Part shown: positions 42,961 through 52,731 of the stretch, piece after piece
Layout: every line of letters begins with the position of its first letter
Position numbering within the stretch: the first letter of the stretch is position 1
From: Desulfobacterales bacterium
Lineage (GTDB): Bacteria; Desulfobacterota; Desulfobacteria; Desulfobacterales; UBA5616
NCBI GenBank assembly: GCA_046483495.1
Contig: JAWODC010000070.1
Coordinates: 32,001-96,000, forward strand
Direction of reading: 5' to 3'
Length of the DNA stretch: 64,000 nt
Translations under genes and position numbers: made by a program
Notes under the pieces: model-generated
What the model was told of the DNA's origin: nothing
The model's database searches: none
What the model saw: the letters and a program-made list of their open reading frames with translations, nothing else

Positions 42961-43875
42961 CTACACCTCCACGTCTTTTTTGAGAAAATCAACAATGGAT
43001 GCAACGAGATCCGGTCCCCTGTCGTCCTGGAGAAAATGCCGGGCGTTGTCAAATTCAATGGGGCCTTTAGCATGAGGAAGCAGTTCCTTGAACCGGTAAG
43101 CGTATTCTATCGGGAAGACCTCGTCTTCAGGCGCCCAGAGGAGCAGTATCGGAGTATTGGAAAGCTCGTTCAGCCGATCCTGGATATGCTGCATGTCCGC
43201 CCACCCGCGATCGCCCTTTTCCAACGGAATGGTGCGAGGCCACGTCAGGACGACGTGGTCCGAACCGGGTTCATCGAACACATGGTGATACGCCCTCGCC
43301 TCTGTTTCCGTCATGCGGCGCCGGGTGGTCACCGAAGGGCCTCCGTGTGACAGAACCTTCAGGCGTTTGTTAAAAAACTGGCCCACTATCGGTGCATGCC
43401 AGGTTGTCCAGGGAAAAGGGCTTGCATGAAACCTGCCGACATAATCGGTAAACGCCCACGTGTTCATGAGGACGACCGCGGATAACCGTTCAATCCGGCA
43501 GAGCGCCGCCCCCAATCCCTGGGGGCCGCCCCAGTCCTGGCCGACGATCACGAACTCCATCAGCTCCAGCTGATCCAGAAAAGAAACCAGGTCTGAGATA
43601 TGATGCGCAAACGTGAGGGCCGCATCCATTCGAGGGTGATCCGAATAACCGTCTCCAATCCAGTCCACGGCAATGGGCCGGAATCCTGAGTCCGCCAACA
43701 CGGGAATAAAATCCCGGTACAAGAATCCCCAGGTCGGGTTTCCCGACAACAGAATAACGGGCCGCGCCTCCGAACTTCCTTCATCCACATAGGCCATTGT
43801 TCGACCGTTGACTTGGATGGATTTCTGCTCCCATGGAAACAATTGCTTCAGCCACTCGGGTTTCGGTCTTAACAT
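42961..43875 (-). CDS. Haloalkane-dehalogenase-like alpha/beta hydrolase
   Basis: GNPTWGFLYR, QDWGG, LMNTWAF and HFLQDD. Confidence 0.8.
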   Translation of the reverse strand: MLRPKPEWLKQLFPWEQKSIQVNGRTMAYVDEGSSEARPVILLSGNPTWGFLYRDFIPVLADSGFRPIAVDWIGDGYSDHPRMDAALTFAHHISDLVSFLDQLELMEFVIVGQDWGGPQGLGAALCRIERLSAVVLMNTWAFTDYVGRFHASPFPWTTWHAPIVGQFFNKRLKVLSHGGPSVTTRRRMTETEARAYHHVFDEPGSDHVVLTWPRTIPLEKGDRGWADMQHIQDRLNELSNTPILLLWAPEDEVFPIEYAYRFKELLPHAKGPIEFDNARHFLQDDRGPDLVASIVDFLKKDVEV

Positions 43876-44231
43876 ATCTCCCCCATTTTCTTTGTGCACG
43901 GCGGGATTTATCATGCTTTTGCCGGTCCAAACCGTGGTTGTCATGAACTTCCGATTTGAATTGTAGCCTGCCATATCAGAGAATTTTTAACAAGCGGCAT
44001 TGTCGTTTAATCGAATGAAAAATTTTTCTTCAACCCTGATCATTGGTGAGCCGAATTGAATGCCCCGTTTACCTGAAGCGAATTATCTCATTAGTTGATG
44101 GCGACTGCCTGGTGTAAGCGAATACTGAAAAATCGTCCGAGCAGTACACAACAGCATGTATATCATCGAGAAGCAGTTCATCATAGAATTGGAGAATAGT
44201 AGAAAGAGCGGGATAAAGGAGGTATGGTGGT

Positions 44232-44423
44232 ATGCCTGAGAAGTATAATGATGAGCTGTTTTTGGCGGCGCTGGCCATGTTCAGGTTGAGCCCCACAGAC
44301 CATAAAACATTGACGTCCGAGATGATCTGCTCGGTGTATGAAAAAGTGCTGGAAGCAAAAAAAAGATGCCAAAAGGGCCGTAAGCAGGATCCTTATGATA
44401 ACGAGGGATTATCGATCATGTAG
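44232..44423 (+). CDS. Small hypothetical protein (63 aa)
   Basis: Strong RBS aaggaggt upstream; fills an intergenic gap; no family recognised. Confidence 0.4.
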   Translation: MPEKYNDELFLAALAMFRLSPTDHKTLTSEMICSVYEKVLEAKKRCQKGRKQDPYDNEGLSIM

Positions 44424-44454
44424 GGGCATGGGGACTTCCAGGAAAAAAATGCCT

Positions 44455-45105
44455 CTATGAAGGAAGCTTTTTTAACGCTTCCAGCGTGTGATCGGGATCG
44501 ACCCTGATGGTGTGGTCCGCACTGACCTTTGCGTATCGAATCGTCATGTGTCGATCGACGATATAGCGCGAAACCATCGGCAATTTCCAGGGATCGTCCC
44601 CATTATAGTCCTCCAGGTTAATGCCCATCTGAAGGTAAGCATGCTTGAGATCCTCGGAAAAGGCATACGCCACTCCATATTGTTCGGAAACGCGGTTTCC
44701 CGAATCGCTCAATAATTCCAGGGTCAACCCCTTCTCTTTCATAAAAATATGGGATTGCTCCTCTGTTTGAGGTGAAACCATCAGAATGGAGGCGCCATCG
44801 GATTGAAATCGTGGTTGCGCCTTCTCAAGAGCCTCCAGCTCCAGATTGCAAAAAGGTCACCACCGGCCCCGGTAAAAGCCTAACACCACCGGTCCTCTGG
44901 AAATCGTCTCTTTTAAGTTGACGGATTCGCCCCGGGCATTCGGCAGCGTAAAGTCGGGAGCCTGATCCCCTTCTTTTAAAGCCCGGTCCGGCAGGCCTGA
45001 ATCCTGAAGATTTTTTATGGCGCGACGCATCACTTCTTGAATATCCTTCGGAATGGATTTTTGCGACTGGGCTTTTTTTTCCTGAATCTTTTCTTCTAAA
45101 TCCAT
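44455..45105 (-). CDS. Peroxiredoxin-like (AhpC/TSA) selenoprotein, UxxC; UGA=Sec at 44857-44859
   Basis: Two tracked ORFs are one frame: ...APDFTLPN...VVLGFYRGRW-U-PFCNLELEAL...VSPQ...LLSD. The TGA replaces the first Cys of the WCPxC motif. Confidence 0.9.
44828..44842 (-). promoter_or_regulatory. Putative SECIS apical hairpin of the peroxiredoxin-like gene
   Basis: mRNA GGAGCU-GGA-GGCUCU: a 6-bp stem starting 15 nt after the UGA, same geometry as in selD. Confidence 0.7.
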
Positions 45106-45186
45106 ATCATCATCTCCTTTTCAGCGGCTTGGCTTTCGTTTTCAGTATACTCGAAAAAATTCACAAACGATTTGGGGTAAACACCC

Positions 45187-45333
45187 TAAAACCGGTTTCA
45201 AAACCCCCCTCAGGCCCGATATCGGCGTTGGGATGAAGGATTAAATGCTCAAAATACGTCTTGCATGCCTGTGCTTGAATCTTTCCTCCCGCCTTGATCC
45301 TGAACCTGATTGAAGGTTTTGAAACCCGTTTTA
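45187..45333. mobile_element. MITE-like element with 19-bp terminal inverted repeats (family 2)
   Basis: taaaaccggtttcaaaacc / ggttttgaaacccgtttta (18/19 complementary), non-coding and self-complementary interior. Confidence 0.7.
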
Positions 45334-45646
45334 ATAGCTTGCTCTGAACGCGTTATGTTCGAGATTTCCACGATACCGGTTTTGATGATAAGATTACGTT
45401 TATGCTTTCCGCGAAGACGTTTATCCCATTTTAACAAAAACAGAAATTTTCTCATATGCACATCGGGATAGGCATGGGCAGGGCGCTTTTTTTGTGGTAT
45501 AAGAAAATTTGTCTGAAACATCCAGACCATGCCCGGATGGCTGATTCTTACCATTTCCATATCAACATTATTACATCTGCTGCCGTTCGTTTTTGAGTAT
45601 TCGCTGCTGTGCATCCGCAAATCTACCGGGATGTCAGGAGGCCAGG

Positions 45647-46939
45647 ATGAAAATCCGAATGAACATCTACTATGGCTGGTGGATTGTCAGCGCCTTTTTC
45701 ATTACCCTTTTCATGGCGGCGGGAATTGCGGCAACCCACACGGTTTTCTTTAAATCCATCAGCGGTGATTTCGGATGGAGCCGCACCGCTTTTTCAACGG
45801 TCCTGTCCATCAACGTCATCCTCGGTTCATTGACAGCGCCGATATGGGGACGACTGGTGGACAGAAGGGGGGCACGTCTTGTCGTACCCTTGGGTGTCGT
45901 CATGGTCGGAGGGTCCCTTTTGCTGCTCAGCACCATGAGTTCCCTGACCGAAGCCTATCTGTTCTATATTTTTCTGGCTATAGGCGCCGGCGGCATTACA
46001 CTTATCCCCATCAGCTCGGCTGTATCACGGTGGTTTGTGCGCCGCAGGGGCTTGGCCATGGGTGTCACCCTCGCCGGCATCAGTATCGGGGGCATGTTTC
46101 TGGCTCCCCTGGCGGGGTGGCTCGTCAATAGTGTCGGCTGGCGGACCGGTTACCGGCTGTATGGGATTGCGTTGTGGGCCTTGTTGATTCCAATGCTTCT
46201 GATCGTCCTTCGACGGTCTCCCCGGGACAAGGGGCTGCTGCCGGATGGAGAGATACCCAAAGATACGCCCCCGGAGGAACCCATTTCATCCGTTCCGGAC
46301 GAACCGGCAGGGCTTACGCTGAAGCAGGCGATCAAAACACGAACCTTTTGGCTGATTGCCGTTGGTTTCATGCTGCCCATGTTTGCCGGCCGAGCGCTTC
46401 TTATTCACCTGGTCCCGATTATCACCGACTCGGGCATTTCCGCCGAAACGGCTGCGTCCGTTTATGGCTTCACGGTGGGCCTTAGCATTGTGGGCCGCCT
46501 TGGGTTCGGCTATGCAGCGGATAGATTCAGCGTTAGACGGATTTACGCCCTGTGTTATGCTGTAGAGGCTATCGGTATTTTTTGTCTTGTCGGCCTCGGG
46601 TCTTACGGAAACATAGCATTAATCGGATTCATTATCGTTTTTGGCATGAGCTACGGGGGAGGTATGTCCTTATCGCCGCTGCTCATCGGCAAAAGTTTCG
46701 GCATTGCCTTCATGGGTGAGATTTTCGGCGCCTTGGGTATCGCCGCCATGGTAGGGGGTGCGATCGGCCCTGTTTTTGCCGGATACAATTACGACCACTA
46801 TGGTACGTATCATTATGCCTTTATCGTATTTCTGGCCACACAACTTATTGCTGTCGCTGCCATTTACAATTCCCGATCGGCACTGGGTCAGGCAGGAAAA
46901 CCCCTCGAAGCCGCCCCGGTTGGTGAATCGGCTTCATAG
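45647..46939 (+). CDS. MFS transporter (monocarboxylate/OFA-like)
   Basis: YYGWWIV, GRLVDRRGAR motif A, WFVRRRGLAMG; about 12 TM helices. Confidence 0.9.
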   Translation: MKIRMNIYYGWWIVSAFFITLFMAAGIAATHTVFFKSISGDFGWSRTAFSTVLSINVILGSLTAPIWGRLVDRRGARLVVPLGVVMVGGSLLLLSTMSSLTEAYLFYIFLAIGAGGITLIPISSAVSRWFVRRRGLAMGVTLAGISIGGMFLAPLAGWLVNSVGWRTGYRLYGIALWALLIPMLLIVLRRSPRDKGLLPDGEIPKDTPPEEPISSVPDEPAGLTLKQAIKTRTFWLIAVGFMLPMFAGRALLIHLVPIITDSGISAETAASVYGFTVGLSIVGRLGFGYAADRFSVRRIYALCYAVEAIGIFCLVGLGSYGNIALIGFIIVFGMSYGGGMSLSPLLIGKSFGIAFMGEIFGALGIAAMVGGAIGPVFAGYNYDHYGTYHYAFIVFLATQLIAVAAIYNSRSALGQAGKPLEAAPVGESAS

Positions 46940-47066
46940 CTCAATTCCCCCGCTTCCATACGAAGGAAAGAGCCGTTGGGCCATTCGCCGGCAAGAAAAA
47001 CCAGACGGGCGCGACGGGATCCGGGTTTTGCGCTGTTGTTAACTTTTTTTCCACCGAAAGGAGCCG

Positions 47067-47927
47067 ATGATGTATACGACGATTCGAACCGAATTGGACA
47101 AAGGGGTTTTCTCGATTATATTATGCCGCCCCGAGGCGTATAATACCATAACCCCCGAACTGGCCAATGACCTTGGCACCGCCATCGATGAAGCCGATGC
47201 CGACGAAAAGACCCGGGTCATTCTATTGAGATCGGAAGGCCCGGCGTTTTGTGCCGGATATGGCCTCGATTGGTCAACGAAAGCACAGGCTGCGGAATCG
47301 GACCAAACCCGCATATGGGATTCCATTGCCGATTATCAGATGATGTCCGGTTTCGTCAATGTTTACCAGAAACTCTGGTATGCTTCCAAACCCTCTATCG
47401 CGGCGGTTCAGGGGTGGTGTATATGCGGCGGTACGGATCTCGTTTTGTGGTCCGATATTATCATCGCATCAGAAACGTCTGTTTTCGGTTATCCCACTTC
47501 ACGCCTGTGGGGCGTACCGACCACGGCCATGTGGGTCTACAGAATCGGATTTGAAAAAGCCAAGCGGTATTTGCTCACCGGTGATGAAATTCCTGGGCCG
47601 AAGGCCGCCGAAATCGGTCTTATTTTGGAAACCGTACCTGATGATAAACTCCAGGATTATGCAATGGCTATGGCAAGGCGAATGGCTTTGCTGCCGCTCA
47701 ATCAACTGCAAATGATAAAGCTCTACTGCAACCAGATCGCCGAAAATATGGGCATTCAATCACAGAAGACTTTGGGAATCCTTTTTGACGGTGTGGCCCG
47801 CCACACGCAGGAGGGGCTCGATTTTGTCAAAAAGGCGAATGAGATAGGCTTTAGAGCGGTCGTTCGCAGGCGAGATGAACCCTTTGGTGATTACGGTTCC
47901 GGTCCAAGAGCGAAGAAGAAAAAATAA
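47067..47927 (+). CDS. Crotonase/enoyl-CoA hydratase family protein
   Basis: AFCAGYGL and KPSIAAVQGWCICGG. Confidence 0.88.
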   Translation: MMYTTIRTELDKGVFSIILCRPEAYNTITPELANDLGTAIDEADADEKTRVILLRSEGPAFCAGYGLDWSTKAQAAESDQTRIWDSIADYQMMSGFVNVYQKLWYASKPSIAAVQGWCICGGTDLVLWSDIIIASETSVFGYPTSRLWGVPTTAMWVYRIGFEKAKRYLLTGDEIPGPKAAEIGLILETVPDDKLQDYAMAMARRMALLPLNQLQMIKLYCNQIAENMGIQSQKTLGILFDGVARHTQEGLDFVKKANEIGFRAVVRRRDEPFGDYGSGPRAKKKK

Positions 47928-47957
47928 TTCGCACCCTCTTTTTCAAAGGAGGTTTAT

Positions 47958-49076
47958 ATGGCCGCAATCGGGAAACGCAAGGCTGACCTGGACACCCCCT
48001 GCCTCGTCCTGGATGTAGAAATATTCGAGCAAAACCTGCAAAAGATGCAGGACGCCGCCGATCGTGCGGGCAAACAGCTTCGTCCGCATGTCAAAACACA
48101 CAAGTGTACGGCGCTGGCCCAAAGGCAAATGGACTGCGGCGCCAAGGGCCTCTGTGTCGCAAAAATTTCTGAAGCGGCGGTGCTGGTCAAGGCGCGATTC
48201 GATGACATTCTCATCACCGCGCCGGTGGTGACGCCCCGAAAAATTGAAATGCTGCTTGACCTTCTCGGCACCTGCCCTTCCTTGATGGTCGTTGTAGATC
48301 ATCCTGAAAACATAAAGCTTCTCGATGCCCGATTGGGCAATAGAGGGATGTCTATGGGGGTTCTCCTCGATATCGACGTCGGATTGAACCGGACTGGCGT
48401 GAAGCCGTCAGACGCACCGGCCATGGCAAAACACATCGTTTCGCAGCCGAACCTGCGCCTTCTGGGCGTTCAGGCATACGCCGGTCACGTGCAGCACATT
48501 CAGTCCTATGAAACCAGAAAGCGCGAATCCCGCAAATGCCTGCAGGACGCTGTGCGTGCATTTGGTGACATTCAAAACTATGTTCCAACCTGCACTATTT
48601 TCAGCGCTTCCGGCACCGGTACCTTCGACATCGATCTCGCAGTCGCCGAAATTTCGGAACTCCAGGTGGGATCGTATGTTTTCATGGATGCCGAGTATCT
48701 TGCGATTGGATCGGCTGATGACGAGAACCGATTCGTAACTTTTGCCCCTGCTTTGCGGTTGCTGACTACGGTGATAAGCACCAATCAAAAAGGGTTTGTC
48801 ACCGTCGATGCGGGCCTCAAGACGCTTTATAAAGACGGAGGGATACCGCAAGTCATCAGCCCGAAAGATCCGCCGCTGGAATATTATTGGTTTGGGGATG
48901 AACACGGCATGATCATCGGCGGGGAGAATTCAGCGATGCCACCGCTTGGCGCCGTCATCGAAGTCGTTACCTCTCATTGCGACCCGACGGTAAATATGTT
49001 CGATACGTACTATCTGACCGGAAAAGACGAAGTGGTCGGCAATTGGCCCATCGATATGAGAGGGTGCAGCCAATGA
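47958..49076 (+). CDS. DSD1/D-threonine-aldolase-family PLP enzyme (fold type III)
   Basis: LDTPCLVLD, LRPHVKTHK, RTGV, GSYVFMD, DEHG and HCDPTVN. Confidence 0.88.
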   Translation: MAAIGKRKADLDTPCLVLDVEIFEQNLQKMQDAADRAGKQLRPHVKTHKCTALAQRQMDCGAKGLCVAKISEAAVLVKARFDDILITAPVVTPRKIEMLLDLLGTCPSLMVVVDHPENIKLLDARLGNRGMSMGVLLDIDVGLNRTGVKPSDAPAMAKHIVSQPNLRLLGVQAYAGHVQHIQSYETRKRESRKCLQDAVRAFGDIQNYVPTCTIFSASGTGTFDIDLAVAEISELQVGSYVFMDAEYLAIGSADDENRFVTFAPALRLLTTVISTNQKGFVTVDAGLKTLYKDGGIPQVISPKDPPLEYYWFGDEHGMIIGGENSAMPPLGAVIEVVTSHCDPTVNMFDTYYLTGKDEVVGNWPIDMRGCSQ

Positions 49077-49250
49077 ACGATTGAGGTCATCCCTATGCCT
49101 CTCACAAAAATTTGCCTGGTGGGAACGGGGAGGCAACGAATACAGGTTCGGCCTTATTTACCTCGAAATTTTGGATACTTATTATGTAAACTGTCGGCGC
49201 ACAAGGCCTCGACATTCAAAAGGGGAAAAAAGAAATATACGGCAGAACCC

Positions 49251-50750
49251 ATGATTGTTGAAATGCACTGCCATACAACGGAGCATTCCGCGTGCAGCCA
49301 TGTTGGCGCTGCAGATCTGGTGAAGAAGGCTTTTCACGTCGGAATTCAGGCCGTGGTCATTACCGATCACCATTATCAATGGGATGATGACGAGCTGTGC
49401 GGGCTTCGACGAACATCCGGACTACCTGAAATATTCATCCTGTTATCCGGACAGGAAGTCACCACTTACGACTTTGGTGACGTCCTCGTATATGGGGCGG
49501 CGGCAACGATTCCCAAACAAAAAATTTCCCTGGCAGAAATCAGGGCGATGAATCCCGCCGCCGCAATCGTCTGGGCTCACCCATACCGCAATAAAAAAAT
49601 CCCTCGCCCGGAACAGCTGATGAATCCCCTCTTGGACGGTGTCGAGATATTCAGTTCCAATTACACGATCTTAGAGGCGACCCGGGCGTTGAAAGACTGG
49701 CATACTTACAAGTTTACCGCGACCGCCGGCACGGACACCCATGCATACAGCTATACCGGTTCCTATCCGACCGTGTTTGACCACCCGGTGCAGTCGATCA
49801 CCCAACTGGCTGAAGAAATAAAGGCGGGAAGATGTCGCCCCTATTTCAGGGAATCGCCCAAAACAGGCACAACCCGAACGAAAATATCCGAGTTGAAAAT
49901 CGGCCCCGGAACCCCTGAAAAAAGAAACGCCGTCATCGTAAAGACGGTAGAGGATACCGGTTCGTGGGAATCCGGTGAGCGATCCTTCCGCATTGTCGAC
50001 TATTTGGCAAAACAGGGATTCGACGGGGGGCCTTACCGGGTTCCGAAACCGCTCGACAAAGATGCCTACATCCTTTCTTTTATTGAAGAAAAAGTCGAAG
50101 GCGACACCTTGTTCGATGCGCTGGTGAAATCAACGCCGAAAAAAGCGCCCCTATATCTGGAGATGGCGGCCAAGTGGCTGAGCAAATTGCATCATTTGCG
50201 CATCAAACTGACCTCTGATGAAGAATTTTTATTCCTCGAACCTGAAAGGCTGGAAAATTACCTGAAAATTCATCATAAAAATATCGAGCGTGTTCGAGAG
50301 ATAAAAAATGTCGTATTGGAAAAAGAACTCGACTTGATTGAAAACCGACCGGAAATTCTCATTCAGGGACATGGTGATTTTCATCCGAAAAACATGATCG
50401 TCGGCAGGGATGAATCAAGAAAAGAATTTGTCGCAGCAATCGATTTCGACAGCTCTTATCAGCTGCCGCGTGCGTTCGACGTGGGAACGTTTTTAGCGCA
50501 GTACAATAACATGTTTTTTGATGAACCCGGTGTTCAAACACATGCCCCATCGGACATTTTCCTTGCGGCCTATCTGTCGGCCGTCCGGGACCTCGAAGAT
50601 GATTTTATGTCTCAGGTGAGTTTGTTCAAGGCAAGGACGTATATCAGCATATTGTATTACCTCTTGAAAGTGGGAAAAGGCGATACTGAAAATTTCTGGA
50701 CGATATTGGTTAAAGCAGAAAAAAGTTTGTCTGCTACCGCGTTTCGATAA
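49251..50750 (+). CDS. PHP phosphoesterase domain fused to an APH/choline-kinase-like phosphotransferase
   Basis: N-terminal HCHT, ITDH, AHP and GTDTH (PHP); C-terminal HGDFHPKN and IDFD (APH-like kinase). Confidence 0.82.
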   Translation: MIVEMHCHTTEHSACSHVGAADLVKKAFHVGIQAVVITDHHYQWDDDELCGLRRTSGLPEIFILLSGQEVTTYDFGDVLVYGAAATIPKQKISLAEIRAMNPAAAIVWAHPYRNKKIPRPEQLMNPLLDGVEIFSSNYTILEATRALKDWHTYKFTATAGTDTHAYSYTGSYPTVFDHPVQSITQLAEEIKAGRCRPYFRESPKTGTTRTKISELKIGPGTPEKRNAVIVKTVEDTGSWESGERSFRIVDYLAKQGFDGGPYRVPKPLDKDAYILSFIEEKVEGDTLFDALVKSTPKKAPLYLEMAAKWLSKLHHLRIKLTSDEEFLFLEPERLENYLKIHHKNIERVREIKNVVLEKELDLIENRPEILIQGHGDFHPKNMIVGRDESRKEFVAAIDFDSSYQLPRAFDVGTFLAQYNNMFFDEPGVQTHAPSDIFLAAYLSAVRDLEDDFMSQVSLFKARTYISILYYLLKVGKGDTENFWTILVKAEKSLSATAFR

Positions 50751-50767
50751 AAGACAACAAGCCGGTG

Positions 50768-51142
50768 TTATTCTCCACTCCCGATCAGGGGGAGCTCCTT
50801 TTCCACCGCAAAAAAGACGAGATACAGTTTCTTGTCTTTTCCATAGATGTGCTGTCTGCGATGCAGCGATTCAATCTGTTCAGGGTCCTGATTCTCCCGA
50901 ACTTTGGTCAAAAACAGCCGCTTGCCGTTATACCCCGGCCCCTTTTCGACAAACAAATAACAGGCATTGGGATTGGATTGAAGGTTGTTATGGGTCAGTC
51001 TTTCCCGCATGATCATGGCAATCGTACCATCGTCCATGATATGGGGTCTTGCGTAAACCGCCGCATCCACGTTTCCATCGGCATCTGCGGTCGCCAACAC
51101 ACCGATACCTTCCGTTTTCTCGAAGTATTCTTTAAGTTCCAT
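50768..51142 (-). CDS. Pyridoxamine 5'-phosphate oxidase-like FMN-binding protein
   Basis: GVLATADADGNVDAAVYARPH and THNNLQSNPNA pattern. Confidence 0.75.
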   Translation of the reverse strand: MELKEYFEKTEGIGVLATADADGNVDAAVYARPHIMDDGTIAMIMRERLTHNNLQSNPNACYLFVEKGPGYNGKRLFLTKVRENQDPEQIESLHRRQHIYGKDKKLYLVFFAVEKELPLIGSGE

Positions 51143-51217
51143 TGCTGTTCTCCAATGATCTTTTTTTCGATATTTTTTTTATATTAAACTTCGCGCGTTT
51201 CCGTAATAGAGTCAATG

Positions 51218-51883
51218 TTAAAGTTCCATCGCTTTCAAATGGGGCGAAATGATGAGTTTCGGTTCGGTCAGGTGTTGAACCTCCTTCACCGACCAGCCGG
51301 GGGCGATTTCAGTGAGCAGCAGGCCCGTTCCGGTTACTTCAATCACCGCCAGGTCGGTGACGATCACATTCACGCATTGTTTTGCGGTTACCGGCAGATT
51401 CAGATTTTTCACAATCTTGAACCCGCCGTGTTTCGTAGTGTGAGGCATGGCTACGATGACCTTTTTTGCGCCCCATGCGAGGTCCATGGCACCGCCGATC
51501 ATGGGATATTCGTCATTATCCCCCATTCCGTGGTTCGCCAAATCCCCCGTTTCCGAAACTTCCAGCGCACCGAGTATCGTGTAGATGCGTTTGCTTCGGA
51601 TCATGATAAACGAGGTCAAAAAATCGAAATAGCATTCGCCGGATTTGGGAAGCACAAAATGGCCGATGGCATCGATATGCCCGTAATCGGCCTGTTCCCA
51701 GTTGTCCTCCGTGACAAGTGGGCCATATCCCAATATGCCGTTTTCCGCCTGGAAATAGACGCCTTCAGGAGCGTACGTGGCGCACAAGGCGGGAAGCCCG
51801 GCACCTAAATTACAATAATCGCCGGGTTTTAATTCTTTGGCCGCCCTCATGGCGACGGTCTCTTCACTTAGACGCTCTTTCAT
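51218..51883 (-). CDS. 3-oxoacid CoA-transferase subunit B
   Basis: NLGAGLP, AENG (catalytic Glu), GGAMDL and IVTDLAV. Confidence 0.9.
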   Translation of the reverse strand: MKERLSEETVAMRAAKELKPGDYCNLGAGLPALCATYAPEGVYFQAENGILGYGPLVTEDNWEQADYGHIDAIGHFVLPKSGECYFDFLTSFIMIRSKRIYTILGALEVSETGDLANHGMGDNDEYPMIGGAMDLAWGAKKVIVAMPHTTKHGGFKIVKNLNLPVTAKQCVNVIVTDLAVIEVTGTGLLLTEIAPGWSVKEVQHLTEPKLIISPHLKAMEL

Positions 51884-52683
51884 TTGGTGCTCCCCTTTTT
51901 GTCCTGCGCCAGGACGGCTTTTCGAATGGAAGGATTTTCAAGCAGCAGTCTGATGAGGTCTTTTTTTTGTTTGGCGCTTCCCACGTCTCCCTCCGGTATT
52001 TTCACGATTCTGTCGACAAAAACACCCGGTGTAACGACGGATTCCGGATCGATCTCTCCGACCTCCACCAATTCGTCGACTTCGGCGATCGTCAATTTGG
52101 AGGCCATGGCAATGATTGGATTCGATCCACGTGAAGATCCATAATACGTGAGATTGCCGATCCGGTCCGCTTTATGCGCCTTGATGAACCCGACATCGGG
52201 TTGAAACGGTTTTTCCAGGAAGTATTCTTTGCCGTCGATTATTCTTTTCTCTTTGCCCTTGGCAACGGAAGTGCCGACGCCCACCGGATTATAAAAACCG
52301 CCGAGGCCCATGGCGGCGGCGTGAAGCCTTTCAATCCATATCCCATGCGGAATCACTTCTATTTCCAAGTGGCCAGTCTTCACACGGTCGCCGAGAAATC
52401 CCTTGTCATCCGTGCCGGCCGCTCGAGCACCGCCGATGCCCGGGGTTATCAGTTTTTTCAGCTGGGGCAGAAGCGAAGCGGGTGAAAAAACCAGCTCCTC
52501 GATACCCGGCATGGGCAAGAAATTTGTACACAACAGCGTAATCTCCTGAATGTTCTTGTCTACGACGGCTTTTATCAGGTGGTTCGGCGTACCTGAAAAC
52601 GACCAGCTGTGCATGGCAATGGATACCCCGTCCGAAATATCTGCAACCGCCTCTCTGCCCGAAGCATATACTTTGTCACCCAT
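51880..52683 (-). CDS. 3-oxoacid CoA-transferase subunit A
   Basis: ERLHAAAMGLGGFY, KADRIGNL and VVTPGVFVDRIV. Confidence 0.9.
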   Translation of the reverse strand: MGDKVYASGREAVADISDGVSIAMHSWSFSGTPNHLIKAVVDKNIQEITLLCTNFLPMPGIEELVFSPASLLPQLKKLITPGIGGARAAGTDDKGFLGDRVKTGHLEIEVIPHGIWIERLHAAAMGLGGFYNPVGVGTSVAKGKEKRIIDGKEYFLEKPFQPDVGFIKAHKADRIGNLTYYGSSRGSNPIIAMASKLTIAEVDELVEVGEIDPESVVTPGVFVDRIVKIPEGDVGSAKQKKDLIRLLLENPSIRKAVLAQDKKGSTK

Positions 52684-52731
52684 GTCCCTTTTCCTATTGG
52701 ATTTGCGTTATTCCGGTTTGCAATGGAGACA

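Noticed and set aside
38354..43875. Possible oleBC-like olefin/beta-lactone pathway (AMP ligase plus HLD-like hydrolase)
   Set aside because: The genes are on opposite strands, separated by unrelated genes, and no OleA or OleD is adjacent.
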